From: Hamiltosporidium tvaerminnensis FI-OER-3-3
Taxonomy: Eukaryota; Fungi; Microsporidia
Assembly: GCA_022605425.2 (NCBI GenBank)
Contig: CM061251.1
Coordinates: 682,001 to 746,000, forward strand
DNA length: 64,000 bases
Reading direction: 5' to 3'
In this document: positions 21,941 through 32,928 of the stretch, piece by piece
Layout of the letters: each line of letters opens with the position of its first letter
How positions within the stretch are numbered: the stretch's first letter is position 1
Notes under the pieces: model-generated
The model's database searches: none
What the model was told of the DNA's origin: nothing
Seen by the model: the letters and a program-made list of their open reading frames with translations, nothing else
Position numbers and translations under genes: made by a program

Positions 21941-23654
21941 TATGTTGCAAATTAGTAATTATATTAGACTTTAAAGGTTATGCCCGAACACTGTTATGGT
22001 TTTTAAAGTTAAAGAAACCAGGCTCTAATGGCCATGCTATTTTATATAAATTCTAGAAAGCTAAGCATAAAAGTAGGGCAACTATGTTAACTCGATATTC
22101 GTCAAATTCCAACTTATTTGAAAGCGTTTAACTTTACGAAGCAAAAAAAATTTAGAACCTTGCTATAGATAAATTAAAAATGCACGCTTTGGTCCTGTAA
22201 TGTGAGAGTTTATAGTAGAAGAGACTTCGGTTCTTACTGAACTGCAATGGCTTTGACCAAATGATTTTATTATAAATATGCTGGATAAAAAAATAGGGAA
22301 ATAATATAACAATTACTTCCAAATCATTTAGATTTGGCATTTTAAAGTAATAATTTGTCTTAATTTTTCTAAAACTTTTTGCAAATATCAAAAAAGTCCA
22401 TAACCAAGCAAAATTTGTTAAAGAAATTTTTTACAGTGTAAATTTTAATTTTATACTAAATATTTTATTAGACATTTTGTAAAACTTAGAATTTCATTCT
22501 AATCTCTAATTTTATCTTTCTACTAAAAATTTTTAACAAAAACAATTTGAAAATGGTCTCAGAAGTATTATAGATCTAATTTTGCTTTTTATTTGATGTA
22601 AAATTTAAGATTTAAACGGCAAAAAAAATGAATGCCAAAAAATTACCGACTTCGTGTCGGAATAAAAATACAAATTAAATCGAAAATTCCTATTGACACA
22701 ACATACGTTAATATATTTATACTCAAAGAAGAATAGAACTCTAAAAATAGGAATAATTAAGAATCGACATTCTGCTCTAAGTAAAAAAATTAAATTAGGT
22801 AAAGCCTACTAAATGCACCACATATATTTACAATGTTGAAAGAATATATGAAATAAAAAAAAGATCAAATTTAGAATGTCATTTCATACTTATTAAAATG
22901 ACAGAAAACAATACATGAAGTCAAAAAGGAATGAACACAGAAGATTAGGCGTAAATAATATGTTTTTAGTATATACTGTTTAAAAATATAGACATACTAA
23001 TCTATTCTGTTTTAAATAATTAACATGAAGAAGTTTAAAAGTGATTAAATTTGGACTACAAACAAATTTTGAAGACTATTTTTTAAAAAGGTTTTTTGCT
23101 TTAAGAGTTTAACTATCATGAAGTGTTAACCTGTGCTCTATTCAATTATAATTATATTATTGACAAAAGTTTTCTTTTTAAGTGAAGTTGTTCATTGTTG
23201 AGTACTTTTGTTGTTTAGATTTAGTGATTTCACAGTGAAAAAATGAACAAAAGAGGCAATAAATTTCAAATAAGAATGATTCATATATAAAAATTATCTT
23301 CCTATTTCCTTTTTTTTATCAAAATGATTTGAATCTATATATTCTTATACTCGGATATGAAGTAATTGAATTGTTCATAAATTTTCTTATCAAATGCTAT
23401 CAACCTGGTTTAGTTTTTTTATACGGTGATTTGTTTTTAGCGATTTTTTTGCGAAAGTCAGATTTGCTTAAGCAGACATGATTTAAAGTTTTTTGAATAA
23501 TTAATAATTCAAATTAAACAGAGTAGTCATAACTAAACTAAAATATAGAGAATATTAGAATTTATAGTTGGAAGATGTGACATGATACTTTAATTTACAT
23601 TTTCAAAGTAATAAATAAGAACAGAACATATATTTTAACCATAAAAGTCATTAA

Positions 23655-26018
23655 TCAGTTTTCCAGAAAAGCAATATTATGTTCCTCACAAAAGTTAATA
23701 ACTTCAAATGAAACTAAAGGATCGTTTTTGCACAAAAAAACAATATTTTTAGGATAGTTAAGTTTCATTTTATGAAGTAAAGTTAAATCATACGCTTCAA
23801 TGATTTTAAAAAGAATAGAAACAAACACAATTTTTCTAAAGTTGTATAAATATTCAAATATCTTAAAATTTAAATTTTTAATATCCAGTCCAAGCCTTGT
23901 TATCATTTTATTTTCTAATATTTTAGTCAGGCGATCTAAAAAAAACTCATTTTTCTGTTGATAAACACACACATGAAGCTCTTTTAAATTCTTTAAATTT
24001 GAAATCACGCTTGCGTCTTTTTCATCAAGTTTAAAGTATTGTAAAACCAGGGTACTTAGATTCGAAATATCAAAAAAACACGAAAACACAAATATTATTG
24101 GAAAACATGTAGTAATGTCTTCATTAATTGTAATTTTAAAATATTCTAACCTCGATACAGATTTGTATTTTAGAACTTTGTACATTTCAGAGGCCCGATT
24201 AACAATTATTTTTTGGAACACCGAGTCAATATTTTTTATGTGTATTTTTAAAAAGATAAGATTTCGAAACAACGAAATGAACTTTATAAAATTCATATTC
24301 AAGGTTAGAATCGTATTTTTTATCGTTATACCTCGAAGAGTATAATTAACAATTTTATATTTATGGAATAACTCTGAGGGAAACAAGGAATTATATATTT
24401 TTATAGAAATTAAACTCTTGGTTTCTAGAATATGTCGTATTAATATATCTGTAATAATAATATTTTCGAAAAAAATATCTTGCAATTTTTGAATTTGAAA
24501 AATATACTTCACCAATTTAGGATGAATGATTTGAACTGATTTATTTTGATGCATGTTGATATAAGCAGCATTTACATTTGAACATAAAAAAAATTTATTC
24601 TTATATTTTTCAAGCTGATAGTTGTTGTTGTCTAATCTTGTTCTTATTTTTCTGTAAAGAACGAATGATCTCATAAAACAAGAATTACAATGTAAAAATG
24701 ATTCATTAAATTTTTTGATGTAAAAAATTAAATTTTCTGACAAATTTTGCAAGAGATAATTTTTTTGACATATCATTATTAAATTAATACATTTGTACTT
24801 TAAATACATGTTTTTGTGGCTTTTCGCAAATTTATTAAGTTCAAATAAAATATCATAGCAAGCATCTTGGCTTTTTATTACCAACTTTTTTATATTTTCA
24901 CTATGCTGTAGAATCATACTTATTTCCTCGATATTTAAATCGCAACTAATTTTTAAATATTCTGTGATCTGGAAATAACCAAAAAGTAATAAAGTCTTTA
25001 TACCGGTTTTATTGTTCAGCATATCTCTCACAACAATTTTTTTGAGATTATTCGGTTTAATTAAATAAATAAGATTAAATATTTTTTTGCTTGGTTCTTT
25101 TTTAGTAAATACAAAGCAAAATGTATCTATTATACAATATTTACTAAAGAAGCAAAAACAATTTTTACCCCAGTCTGTTGTTAGAAGTTTTTCAAGATGT
25201 ATGATTATATTAGGATCGAAGAATATAATACTTGATTTACAAAACTTATCTTTATAACGAACATAAACTTGGTAACTTTGAATAATTTTGAAATCATGAA
25301 ACAAGGTATTGCTTTTAAGCAATAAAAATGTAAATTTGTTTGTATTTCCGATGCACAAAACTTCTAGAAAGATGTTATATAGATATTCTAAATTCATATT
25401 AAACATATCACAATCGTATTCATTAGAATTCAGAAATATATTAAATTTTGTAAAATCAAAATTCTCATTCACAATGCTATTTACTAATAAATATTTAAAA
25501 AATGTATTATTTTTGCTAGTTCGTTTAAATCCTAAAATTTCCAAAACAAGTAAAATATTAGTGAATTCAATAAAAGATAAAGTAGTTATGAAAGGATCAT
25601 CAATTGTAGCATACCTTGCAAACCTAAGAAGAAAATTATGAGATAGCTGGCCTAAAAAATATTTTCCAGTGGAAAGATTGTCCTTTTCTTCATCAATTTC
25701 GGATAATTCTAAAATAATATTTTCCAAATCTAAAATCTTTATGGTATTTGGTGTATAATACCTTATTTGATCGTTTCTTAAAATACACTTCAGATATTTG
25801 TTGTGTAAAAGAAAGACCGATTTAAATGATTTCAGAATGTATTTATTTTTTAATTGAAATTCGAAAATAATAGTTCCTTCGTTTTCCATATAATTCATTC
25901 CAATATCACTATTTTCGATTGAATAAAACATTACACTCTTGCCAATAACCGATAGAAAATATAAATATAAACCAAATATAAACAAGTTAAAACGTTCTTT
26001 TAAAAAGCGAATTCTCAT
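23655..26018 (-). CDS. Lineage-specific protein with signal peptide/N-terminal hydrophobic segment and degenerate LRR-like repeats
   Basis: 787-aa ORF with hydrophobic N-terminus and repeated LxxLxI/L motifs (NLKKIVV, NIKKLVI, NLSTLVL, NLKELHV). Confidence 0.75.
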   Translation of the reverse strand: MRIRFLKERFNLFIFGLYLYFLSVIGKSVMFYSIENSDIGMNYMENEGTIIFEFQLKNKYILKSFKSVFLLHNKYLKCILRNDQIRYYTPNTIKILDLENIILELSEIDEEKDNLSTGKYFLGQLSHNFLLRFARYATIDDPFITTLSFIEFTNILLVLEILGFKRTSKNNTFFKYLLVNSIVNENFDFTKFNIFLNSNEYDCDMFNMNLEYLYNIFLEVLCIGNTNKFTFLLLKSNTLFHDFKIIQSYQVYVRYKDKFCKSSIIFFDPNIIIHLEKLLTTDWGKNCFCFFSKYCIIDTFCFVFTKKEPSKKIFNLIYLIKPNNLKKIVVRDMLNNKTGIKTLLLFGYFQITEYLKISCDLNIEEISMILQHSENIKKLVIKSQDACYDILFELNKFAKSHKNMYLKYKCINLIMICQKNYLLQNLSENLIFYIKKFNESFLHCNSCFMRSFVLYRKIRTRLDNNNYQLEKYKNKFFLCSNVNAAYINMHQNKSVQIIHPKLVKYIFQIQKLQDIFFENIIITDILIRHILETKSLISIKIYNSLFPSELFHKYKIVNYTLRGITIKNTILTLNMNFIKFISLFRNLIFLKIHIKNIDSVFQKIIVNRASEMYKVLKYKSVSRLEYFKITINEDITTCFPIIFVFSCFFDISNLSTLVLQYFKLDEKDASVISNLKNLKELHVCVYQQKNEFFLDRLTKILENKMITRLGLDIKNLNFKIFEYLYNFRKIVFVSILFKIIEAYDLTLLHKMKLNYPKNIVFLCKNDPLVSFEVINFCEEHNIAFLEN

Positions 26019-27337
26019 AATGATATAAGGATTGAGTTATTATAAATAACAGAATAATCTTTTTATCATTCATAAATATTTCCTTTTATCTTCCTATATC
26101 TGTTTAATCAGAAACATATAAATTTGTTTGTAAAGGTGTTTTAAAATTACATTTAACCATATGTCAACACCAAGTAAAATTGTTATACAATATGTAATGC
26201 ACAGGGAAGGTTTAAAAATGTTATAGGTTATATATTTATTTGATTAAAATTCTTTTTTATTAGATATATTTTGTTAGTATTTTAAAAGTTTTCTTTGATT
26301 ACAAGCAAGATGCAAACTTTTAATCTCTAAGGTACGTTCTAGCATTCAAAATGATCTATCTATGTATTAATTAATTAAAAATTATCTAATTATAAATAAT
26401 GCACAAAATCAAATATAAACCGACTCCTTAGCAATTGGTGTATGAATCCGATTTTAATAATAAAAAATAGTAAAAATAGCTTAATATATTCAAAGAGGAT
26501 GATTAGTTATACGGTTTTTAATATAAAGAATCTTTAAGAAATCCACCTTTTTGCTAAAATTATATCCGTTAATTTTTTATAAAAAAAAACAGAGCAAAAT
26601 TTTTATACTGTAAGCATTTAGATATTAGATTCCATAAAAACCATTCCTCATAAAATATACAATTATTAGAAAAGGTATATTAGTATATTTAATACGAGCA
26701 GCATTCAATTTTTTTTTGAGTTTGGTTATATATCTCTTGTTTATATGATTTTATTGTGCCACCTTTTCGTTATATTTGATTTGCGCTTTTTGTTGGAGTC
26801 TCTTGCTGTATTCCGAATCAATTTCTATTTTATGTTCGATACTTTTGTCCCTATTTTGAAAATATATTCTAATTTTTGGTTGCATGAAAATTTTTACCTG
26901 GTGGAATATAAGTGTAGTAGATGTATGGGCTATCAATGAGCTTTCATGATTTTTTTTACTTTTTCTTATATTCTTTTACAGCATTTATTGACACTATATT
27001 TGATGTGATTTTATATCAATCGTTTGAACAAGATTTATAGTCTTTTTGCCCTATCGGATGAACATGGTTCCTAGTTCTTACTGTTATTGAGGTTTTCTAA
27101 GACACATCTTATGAAATTGTCACAATATTATCTAATGATACAACATAAGACAAATGTTGTCTAAATTTTTAATCAACAGACCACATTGAGTTCTAAAAAA
27201 TGCTTCGAAAAGCAAGAACTCATTAGTTCATATATCAACGTCTAAATATTACTAAGATGTTCATGATTAATATTCTTGGTCGGAATATTTAAAGTTTCAT
27301 AGTGATGTTGAAAATATAAATGGGTCTTAGCAAATTT

Positions 27338-28723
27338 TATTTAATAAATTGCTGGGTTAACATGTTTTTACGATTTTTACATATTCTTCTACCTCTTTAA
27401 CCACTTTTGTCTGTTCTTCCAAATCCGACTCTTTATTTATGTTATTGTTCGGTTCCTCTAAAGTGGTTCCTCCTTGTGAAATAAGCGGTGTATTATTTTT
27501 TGGTTCTAAATTTTTTGCACCATTTCCCTCTCTCTTCGCTTCTTTTAAAGGGGGTGTTGGTTCCTCATGCATCTCTGATCTCATAATAACACCCATTGAC
27601 GCTCTCTCTCAGCTCTCTTCGGCATTTAGTCCTGACTCAAGTCCTCTTCGTCGATCAAAAGAAATTGTTTCGACGGTCTTCTTAAGTACTATAGACTGAA
27701 TGTATACCTCTACTTTATGTGTATTTCTAGTTTTTTAAGATGAGATTTATGGTATTTTGTCACAATACTGTCCCAGGTCATCACATGGGATTATCTCAAC
27801 ACTACACTTATAAATAAGACCCAACTCATTGGCTAGCAGGTCATAATTCCCAATTTTTTCGGTTTCGACTATTTGAAGTGAATCTTGGGAAGTAATTCCT
27901 ACTTCAATGAGTGTTATCTTATTCTTCTTCTTATCTTAAATAAATATGTCCGGTCTGTTATTCCGAATTTTAACATCAGTTTGAATTCTGGTAGCCACTC
28001 TTATCTCTGCATACTCATTATCAAGAATTTCTTGAACTGAGTGGCTCCTTATTCGTTTTGAAGACTTAAACTTATATCTATTTAGAAGAAGAAGATGTAG
28101 GCATCTAACCACTTCATTATGCCGTCTGGTGTAGTCATGACCTAGCATTTTTTCACATCGAGTTGCTAGATGATCTACAGTCTTACCAGACTTCCCGCAA
28201 TGTTGACACATACCATCTGCTCCCCAGAATACATTTCTATCCTGGATATAGCAGAACACAGCTTCATTTCGTGGCCTAATATTCCCTTTCTTTAGCTATC
28301 TTGAAGAGTCACTAACACTTACAAGATCATTTTTACTTGCATTATATAACTTTGAGTGAAGTTTTGCCTTTTTCTATTTCCTTATATAGTTTTGCAAGTT
28401 GAGCTTCTTCTAAACTTTTCTTAGTGACTTCTTCTACCAACCTGTACTTTACTTTTAAGAAGCCTTTTATTAGTGCAAGATGGGTTTTATTATTATTCTC
28501 CACCTTGAGGATTGCTGTCGTATAGTTGATATTTCTTTGCTTTTTTCCAGACAATCCAAGAATTGCAGAAGCATATGTTCGCTTCGCAACTCAACACTAT
28601 GAAGTCCTTTTCCACGTTCTGTTCTAGGAAGATACAAACGCTCTTTACATCCTGGGCGAAGATGTATCTTATTCTTCACCAACACCGCATGCACTGCCTC
28701 ATCTAACTTAAAGAAGTCAGCCG
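27338..28723 (-). mobile_element. 5'-truncated, frameshifted copy of the R4-like element (second subfamily)
   Basis: ORF pieces VLVKNKIHLRPGCKERLYLP, FCYIQDRNVFWG..CQHC..HLATRC and NRPDIFI. Same 3' terminus (TTAACCCAG.AATTTATTAAAT). Confidence 0.93.
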
Positions 28724-28858
28724 ATTTTATAGTAAAATTGTATTTTATTTTCTTTGTAATGTGATTTAAAATGTGTATTTTTAAAATAAGTTTTTAAATA
28801 AGAATGTTTAGTCACTTTGTGAGTTATTTAAAGAAATTTGTTTTGTGGAACCGTTGAA

Positions 28859-29236
28859 ATGAAGAAAGATGTGAAAGAGAATAGAACGGTTGAAGATAAT
28901 AAAACGAAAAGATATAACCAAACCGAGGTTTACAAGACATTTTTAAGTTCTAATAACGGTATATCATTTATAATAGATAAGGCGAAGGAAGTGAGCCGTA
29001 AAAATAAAGAAAGTAATGGCAGATATGAAGGTTTAGGTCTAAATGGAGAGAAAATACGGAGTAAAGAAGAACTTTATAAATCCGTAGAAAATATTGTTGA
29101 TTTTTATTTAACTTGGGTGTCTTTGTGTCCAGGAAGAAAATTTTTAAAAATGAATAAATATGATTTTCTTTGTGAGATTGAAAATTTCTGTTCAAAAAGT
29201 GAAATCAAGAAATTCTTTTCGTACCTCTTTGTATGA
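28859..29236 (+). CDS. Csm3/Swi3/Tipin-like replication fork protection protein
   Basis: FLSSNNGISFI...G..KEE...VENIVDFYLTW...KYDFLCEIENF fits the Swi3 domain pattern (LLS.KGLP.L...G.E..DL..LL..Y..W...F.DF...E.L). ATG at 28859. Confidence 0.6.
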   Translation: MKKDVKENRTVEDNKTKRYNQTEVYKTFLSSNNGISFIIDKAKEVSRKNKESNGRYEGLGLNGEKIRSKEELYKSVENIVDFYLTWVSLCPGRKFLKMNKYDFLCEIENFCSKSEIKKFFSYLFV

Positions 29237-29518
29237 AATATTTAAAATGGAAATAAAATTATATTTGTGTAACTTTCATTTCTCTCTAAATTTCTTAGTA
29301 TTTTTTCTTAAATAGATTTATTTTAAAAATATAAAATGAATTTTAAATGGTATTTGTGTTACTTTTAAAATTCCTATTAGTTTTGTAAGGGACTGATCGT
29401 ATAATTTTTTTTTTATTTTATCATTTAGTTCTCATTTTAAAATTTTTTTAATAAATTTTTTTAATAGAAATTTTTTAGTATAAATTTATTCGGTAGATAA
29501 ATAATGTTAAAACAAATT

Positions 29519-30781
29519 TTATTTTTTTATTTTTTTTGCTAAATTTTCTTCGTATTCTTTTAATTTGCTGATTGATTCGGATGGATTAATTTTAAATTTT
29601 GGTGTTTTTTGTGGTATTCTTTTCTTTTTAGATTTTCCTTCGAGTTGTTTCATTCTTTCTTCAACGTAAATACGTGCTTTAACACCAAAGGAATTGTCTT
29701 TTGTTTCAGAGAATGCATCGATTCTGGCTGCCATAGAAGCTTTTGCAGCTAGAACACGAGATATTTTACCTTTCAACGGTATTGGTGCATGTCCAACGAG
29801 TGAAGAGTGATATATGATTCCGTATTTGGGTGTATTTGATTTGTTTCGCAGAGCAAAGAACAGTGCCTTTTCTGCTCCAAGAATTTGAAGTGTAGAAGCT
29901 GGATATTTGATGAGATTTGCCAAGGAACCAGCACGTGCAAGAATTCTTGCACCAACCATTTCACCCAGAAGAGCACTAAGATTAGGAGCTACAGATTGCA
30001 TTCGATTAACTAAATATTCGTTGAGTTCGTTACGGTAATCAAACATTTTCAATACACTTTTTGCATCGTCACATATTCTTTCACAATCATTTTCAGATAT
30101 TTCAGTTCCCATACTAACTTCAGCAAGTCTCTCAATTTCAGAAAATCTTTCTTCATCCATAAATTCCAACATTTTATTTTTTTCAATTTCTTTAATAAAT
30201 TCTTTTCTTTTCAAAATCAAAAGCGATCTGAGAAATTCTTGATTATTTTCCAAGAAAGTAGAAAGTTCTGGAAAATGAAAACCATACCATTCTCTTAATC
30301 GCATACAATGCGTATTAATATCTTTATCAAGATCATCCAACAAATTTATAGTTTGAACAACTAAACTATCAATTTTACTCGGATCGATTTTTAAACTGTG
30401 ATGTCCCAACTTATGAGCAATACAGGAAGCTGTAGATCTAAAATCATCATCGTTTATATTTAAATAAGAATTTATATTTTTTCGTATTTCTCTAAAAACT
30501 TCAGGAGAATCAGATTCAACTTTTATTTTCAAAATAGAAGAAAGTTCTTGCACAATTTTTTTGTCGCTTACAATTAATGTATCCTTGGAATCACAAAAAA
30601 AAGATTTTAAAAAATCTTTTAATATTGTTGGTACTTTTCCAGCTGTCAAAACTTCGAACGTTGAAATTGCTGATAATGGATCTTCAAATTTTTTATAATC
30701 TGCCATTTGTATTTGTGAATCTTCTTTATTTAATTTTTTAAATAAAACAAAACCAGTTGGTGCTTCATATAAGAAAATCAT
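29519..30781 (-). CDS. NOP58: Nucleolar protein 58 (box C/D snoRNP)
   Basis: MIFLYEAPTGF N-terminus, LLDDLDKDIN..CMRLREWYGFHFPEL, AEVSMGTEIS, PASTLQILGAEKALF, TPKYGIIYH, KGKISRVLAAKA. True start is the ATG at 30781, preceded by CCC. Confidence 0.93.
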   Translation of the reverse strand: MIFLYEAPTGFVLFKKLNKEDSQIQMADYKKFEDPLSAISTFEVLTAGKVPTILKDFLKSFFCDSKDTLIVSDKKIVQELSSILKIKVESDSPEVFREIRKNINSYLNINDDDFRSTASCIAHKLGHHSLKIDPSKIDSLVVQTINLLDDLDKDINTHCMRLREWYGFHFPELSTFLENNQEFLRSLLILKRKEFIKEIEKNKMLEFMDEERFSEIERLAEVSMGTEISENDCERICDDAKSVLKMFDYRNELNEYLVNRMQSVAPNLSALLGEMVGARILARAGSLANLIKYPASTLQILGAEKALFFALRNKSNTPKYGIIYHSSLVGHAPIPLKGKISRVLAAKASMAARIDAFSETKDNSFGVKARIYVEERMKQLEGKSKKKRIPQKTPKFKINPSESISKLKEYEENLAKKIKK

Positions 30782-30785
30782 CGAA

Positions 30786-30788
30786 GGG
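30786..30788 (-). promoter_or_regulatory. Microsporidian CCC-like start-proximal motif upstream of NOP58 (also at 4114-4116 on + and 32930-32932 on -)
   Basis: TACCCTTCG-ATG, TTACCCTC-ATG and TAGCCCT-ATG occur in otherwise extremely AT-rich upstream DNA. Confidence 0.6.
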
Positions 30789-31449
30789 TAACGGAAATCA
30801 AAAAAAAAAACAATTAAACCATTTTTTTTAAAGAAATATGAATCATAAATATATTTCATAATTTAAAATTATTCTTTACTTTTTAAAAGAAAAGAACGAA
30901 TAAAAAATTAGAAAATATGATTGCTTTTATTATTTTTTAGCTGTTTTTTCAAAATATAAAATTATATTTTTTTTAACAAATATATATTTTCAAAAAAGAC
31001 TTACTAAAGAATATAAATTACTTATTTTGAGTAAGATCATGTTTTTTTGAGAAGAATGATAACTTCATAGTTTTTAAATTTATTTTTGTATTTCAAGTTT
31101 TTTTTATTTAATTTAATTAATAAATTTTAAAAATAAAAAGAGAAATAAGAAGTAATAGAAATAAAGGTACTCATTTAAAATAAATTTTAAAAAAATTAGA
31201 ATTACAAATTTAAGATATTAAAAAATATTTTATTAAAATTTTAGGAAAATAATCGAATCAGAAATTTATTTGAACATCAGCTTTAACAATTTAAACAGAA
31301 AAGATAAAAATTCATAAAACAATATCTTATTAGAATTATAAATTAAGAAATACGAAAATATTAGGAAATTTAACAGAAAAGATAAAACAATATTTTATTA
31401 GAATTTATAAGTTTGTAACTGCAAGAAGATAAATTAATATTTATTATAA

Positions 31450-32928
31450 CTATTTGAAAATCAATGAGGATACTTTATAAGCTCCACTACCGAACTGCAT
31501 GGCTTTTTTAATAAGACCTGCTACTCTATTAAAACCGTGTTTAATTAATATTTTACGTAAAATATATTTATTTCCGTATATTTGAGAATTTTGATTTATA
31601 AGCATATCTTCAGGTAATTGTAAAGAAATTTCTATTAAATTTTTATCTAAAAATAAAAAAAAGGGTTCGATATGAAAATAAGATAATAATCTGTCATCTC
31701 TGCCCAAATTTCTATCCCAAATACCACTAACTTCATCAAAAATCATACTTTTTAATTTTGTAAAATCCTTTCTAAATTTTTTATAACCGCCAAAAAGTTC
31801 ATCAGCTCCTGTTCCGACAAAACAATTTGGTGAAAATTTGGATGCTTCTTTTGCAGTAAAAAATAATGTCATTCCTATGTTCAAATCCATAGGTGTTTTC
31901 TTAGGAAATATAAGATTTTTTATAATTTTTATATTTTTTAAAATGTTTTCATTGTCAATATTGTTTTCTATAAAAATAAATTTTCTATTTTTATAGTTTG
32001 ACTTTAATTCTTTAAATGCTAAAATTCCCATTTTACGATCAAACTGTTTTTTATCACCAAGAAAAGATGTGTTTATAAGATAAATACAAACATTTTCTGG
32101 TAAAATTTGATTTAAAATTATAACTAATATCATTGAATCTATTCCCCCACTAAAGAATACAACACAGTCAGATTTTATATTAAAATTTCTCATGGATGAA
32201 ATCAGCTGATTCTCAATAATATTTACATAATTTGTTTCATTTTCTAAAAAAATATTTTGAGTTGAATTTTTTAAAATTGAAAAATAAAAATCAAATTTTT
32301 TGGTTCTAAAAAGTTGTTTGGCGGTATTCGAATAAATATATAAAAACGATGGATCAACCTCATTTTCAAAATCAAAAGAAGATACAGTAATTCCATTATT
32401 AATAGAAAATCCTAAACTCTTTTTTCCAATGTCATCTTTAAAAAAATATATAAAATTTTTGTAAAATAATATCGTTGAATAGTCAGCTATATCCTTGTTT
32501 ATTTCATTATAAATTTCATGAATAAATTTTAATTCCAGTCCAATATCGAATCTAATATTTTTTGGATTTTCGAAATTATTGTTTACTTTGTCCCATAAAT
32601 AATTATTTTCGTTATATTTTTCTATATCTTGAAATATATCACAATCGCAGATACAATTTTTATTATTTAAATTAAATATTTTCATTTCAATAATTTCACT
32701 TACAAATTTATTTTCGGAAATATCAGAATTGTATTTAATACCATTAAATAATAAAATATAATCTTTCATTATTGGTTCAGAATATTCATTAGATTTTAAA
32801 AATATATATGAAAAAATATTATTTTTATTCTTTTCATTCACAATACTAGCATAATTAAATACGGTTACATTCAATATTTCTTTTGTTTCTTTATATGAAT
32901 CTTGAGTAGACATTATCATACCGAACAT
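31450..32928 (-). CDS. Asparagine synthetase domain-containing protein (ASNSD1-like)
   Basis: LLFNG, FFSGGIDS PP-loop, GTGADELFGGY, WDRNLGRDDR, KYILR...KKAMQFGSG. CCC immediately upstream of the ATG. Confidence 0.9.
   Translation of the reverse strand: MFGMIMSTQDSYKETKEILNVTVFNYASIVNEKNKNNIFSYIFLKSNEYSEPIMKDYILLFNGIKYNSDISENKFVSEIIEMKIFNLNNKNCICDCDIFQDIEKYNENNYLWDKVNNNFENPKNIRFDIGLELKFIHEIYNEINKDIADYSTILFYKNFIYFFKDDIGKKSLGFSINNGITVSSFDFENEVDPSFLYIYSNTAKQLFRTKKFDFYFSILKNSTQNIFLENETNYVNIIENQLISSMRNFNIKSDCVVFFSGGIDSMILVIILNQILPENVCIYLINTSFLGDKKQFDRKMGILAFKELKSNYKNRKFIFIENNIDNENILKNIKIIKNLIFPKKTPMDLNIGMTLFFTAKEASKFSPNCFVGTGADELFGGYKKFRKDFTKLKSMIFDEVSGIWDRNLGRDDRLLSYFHIEPFFLFLDKNLIEISLQLPEDMLINQNSQIYGNKYILRKILIKHGFNRVAGLIKKAMQFGSGAYKVSSLIFK

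Noticed and set aside
31290-31410. Small local duplications (also 32980-33045)
   Set aside because: Low-complexity A/T slippage repeats in intergenic DNA with no sign of function.
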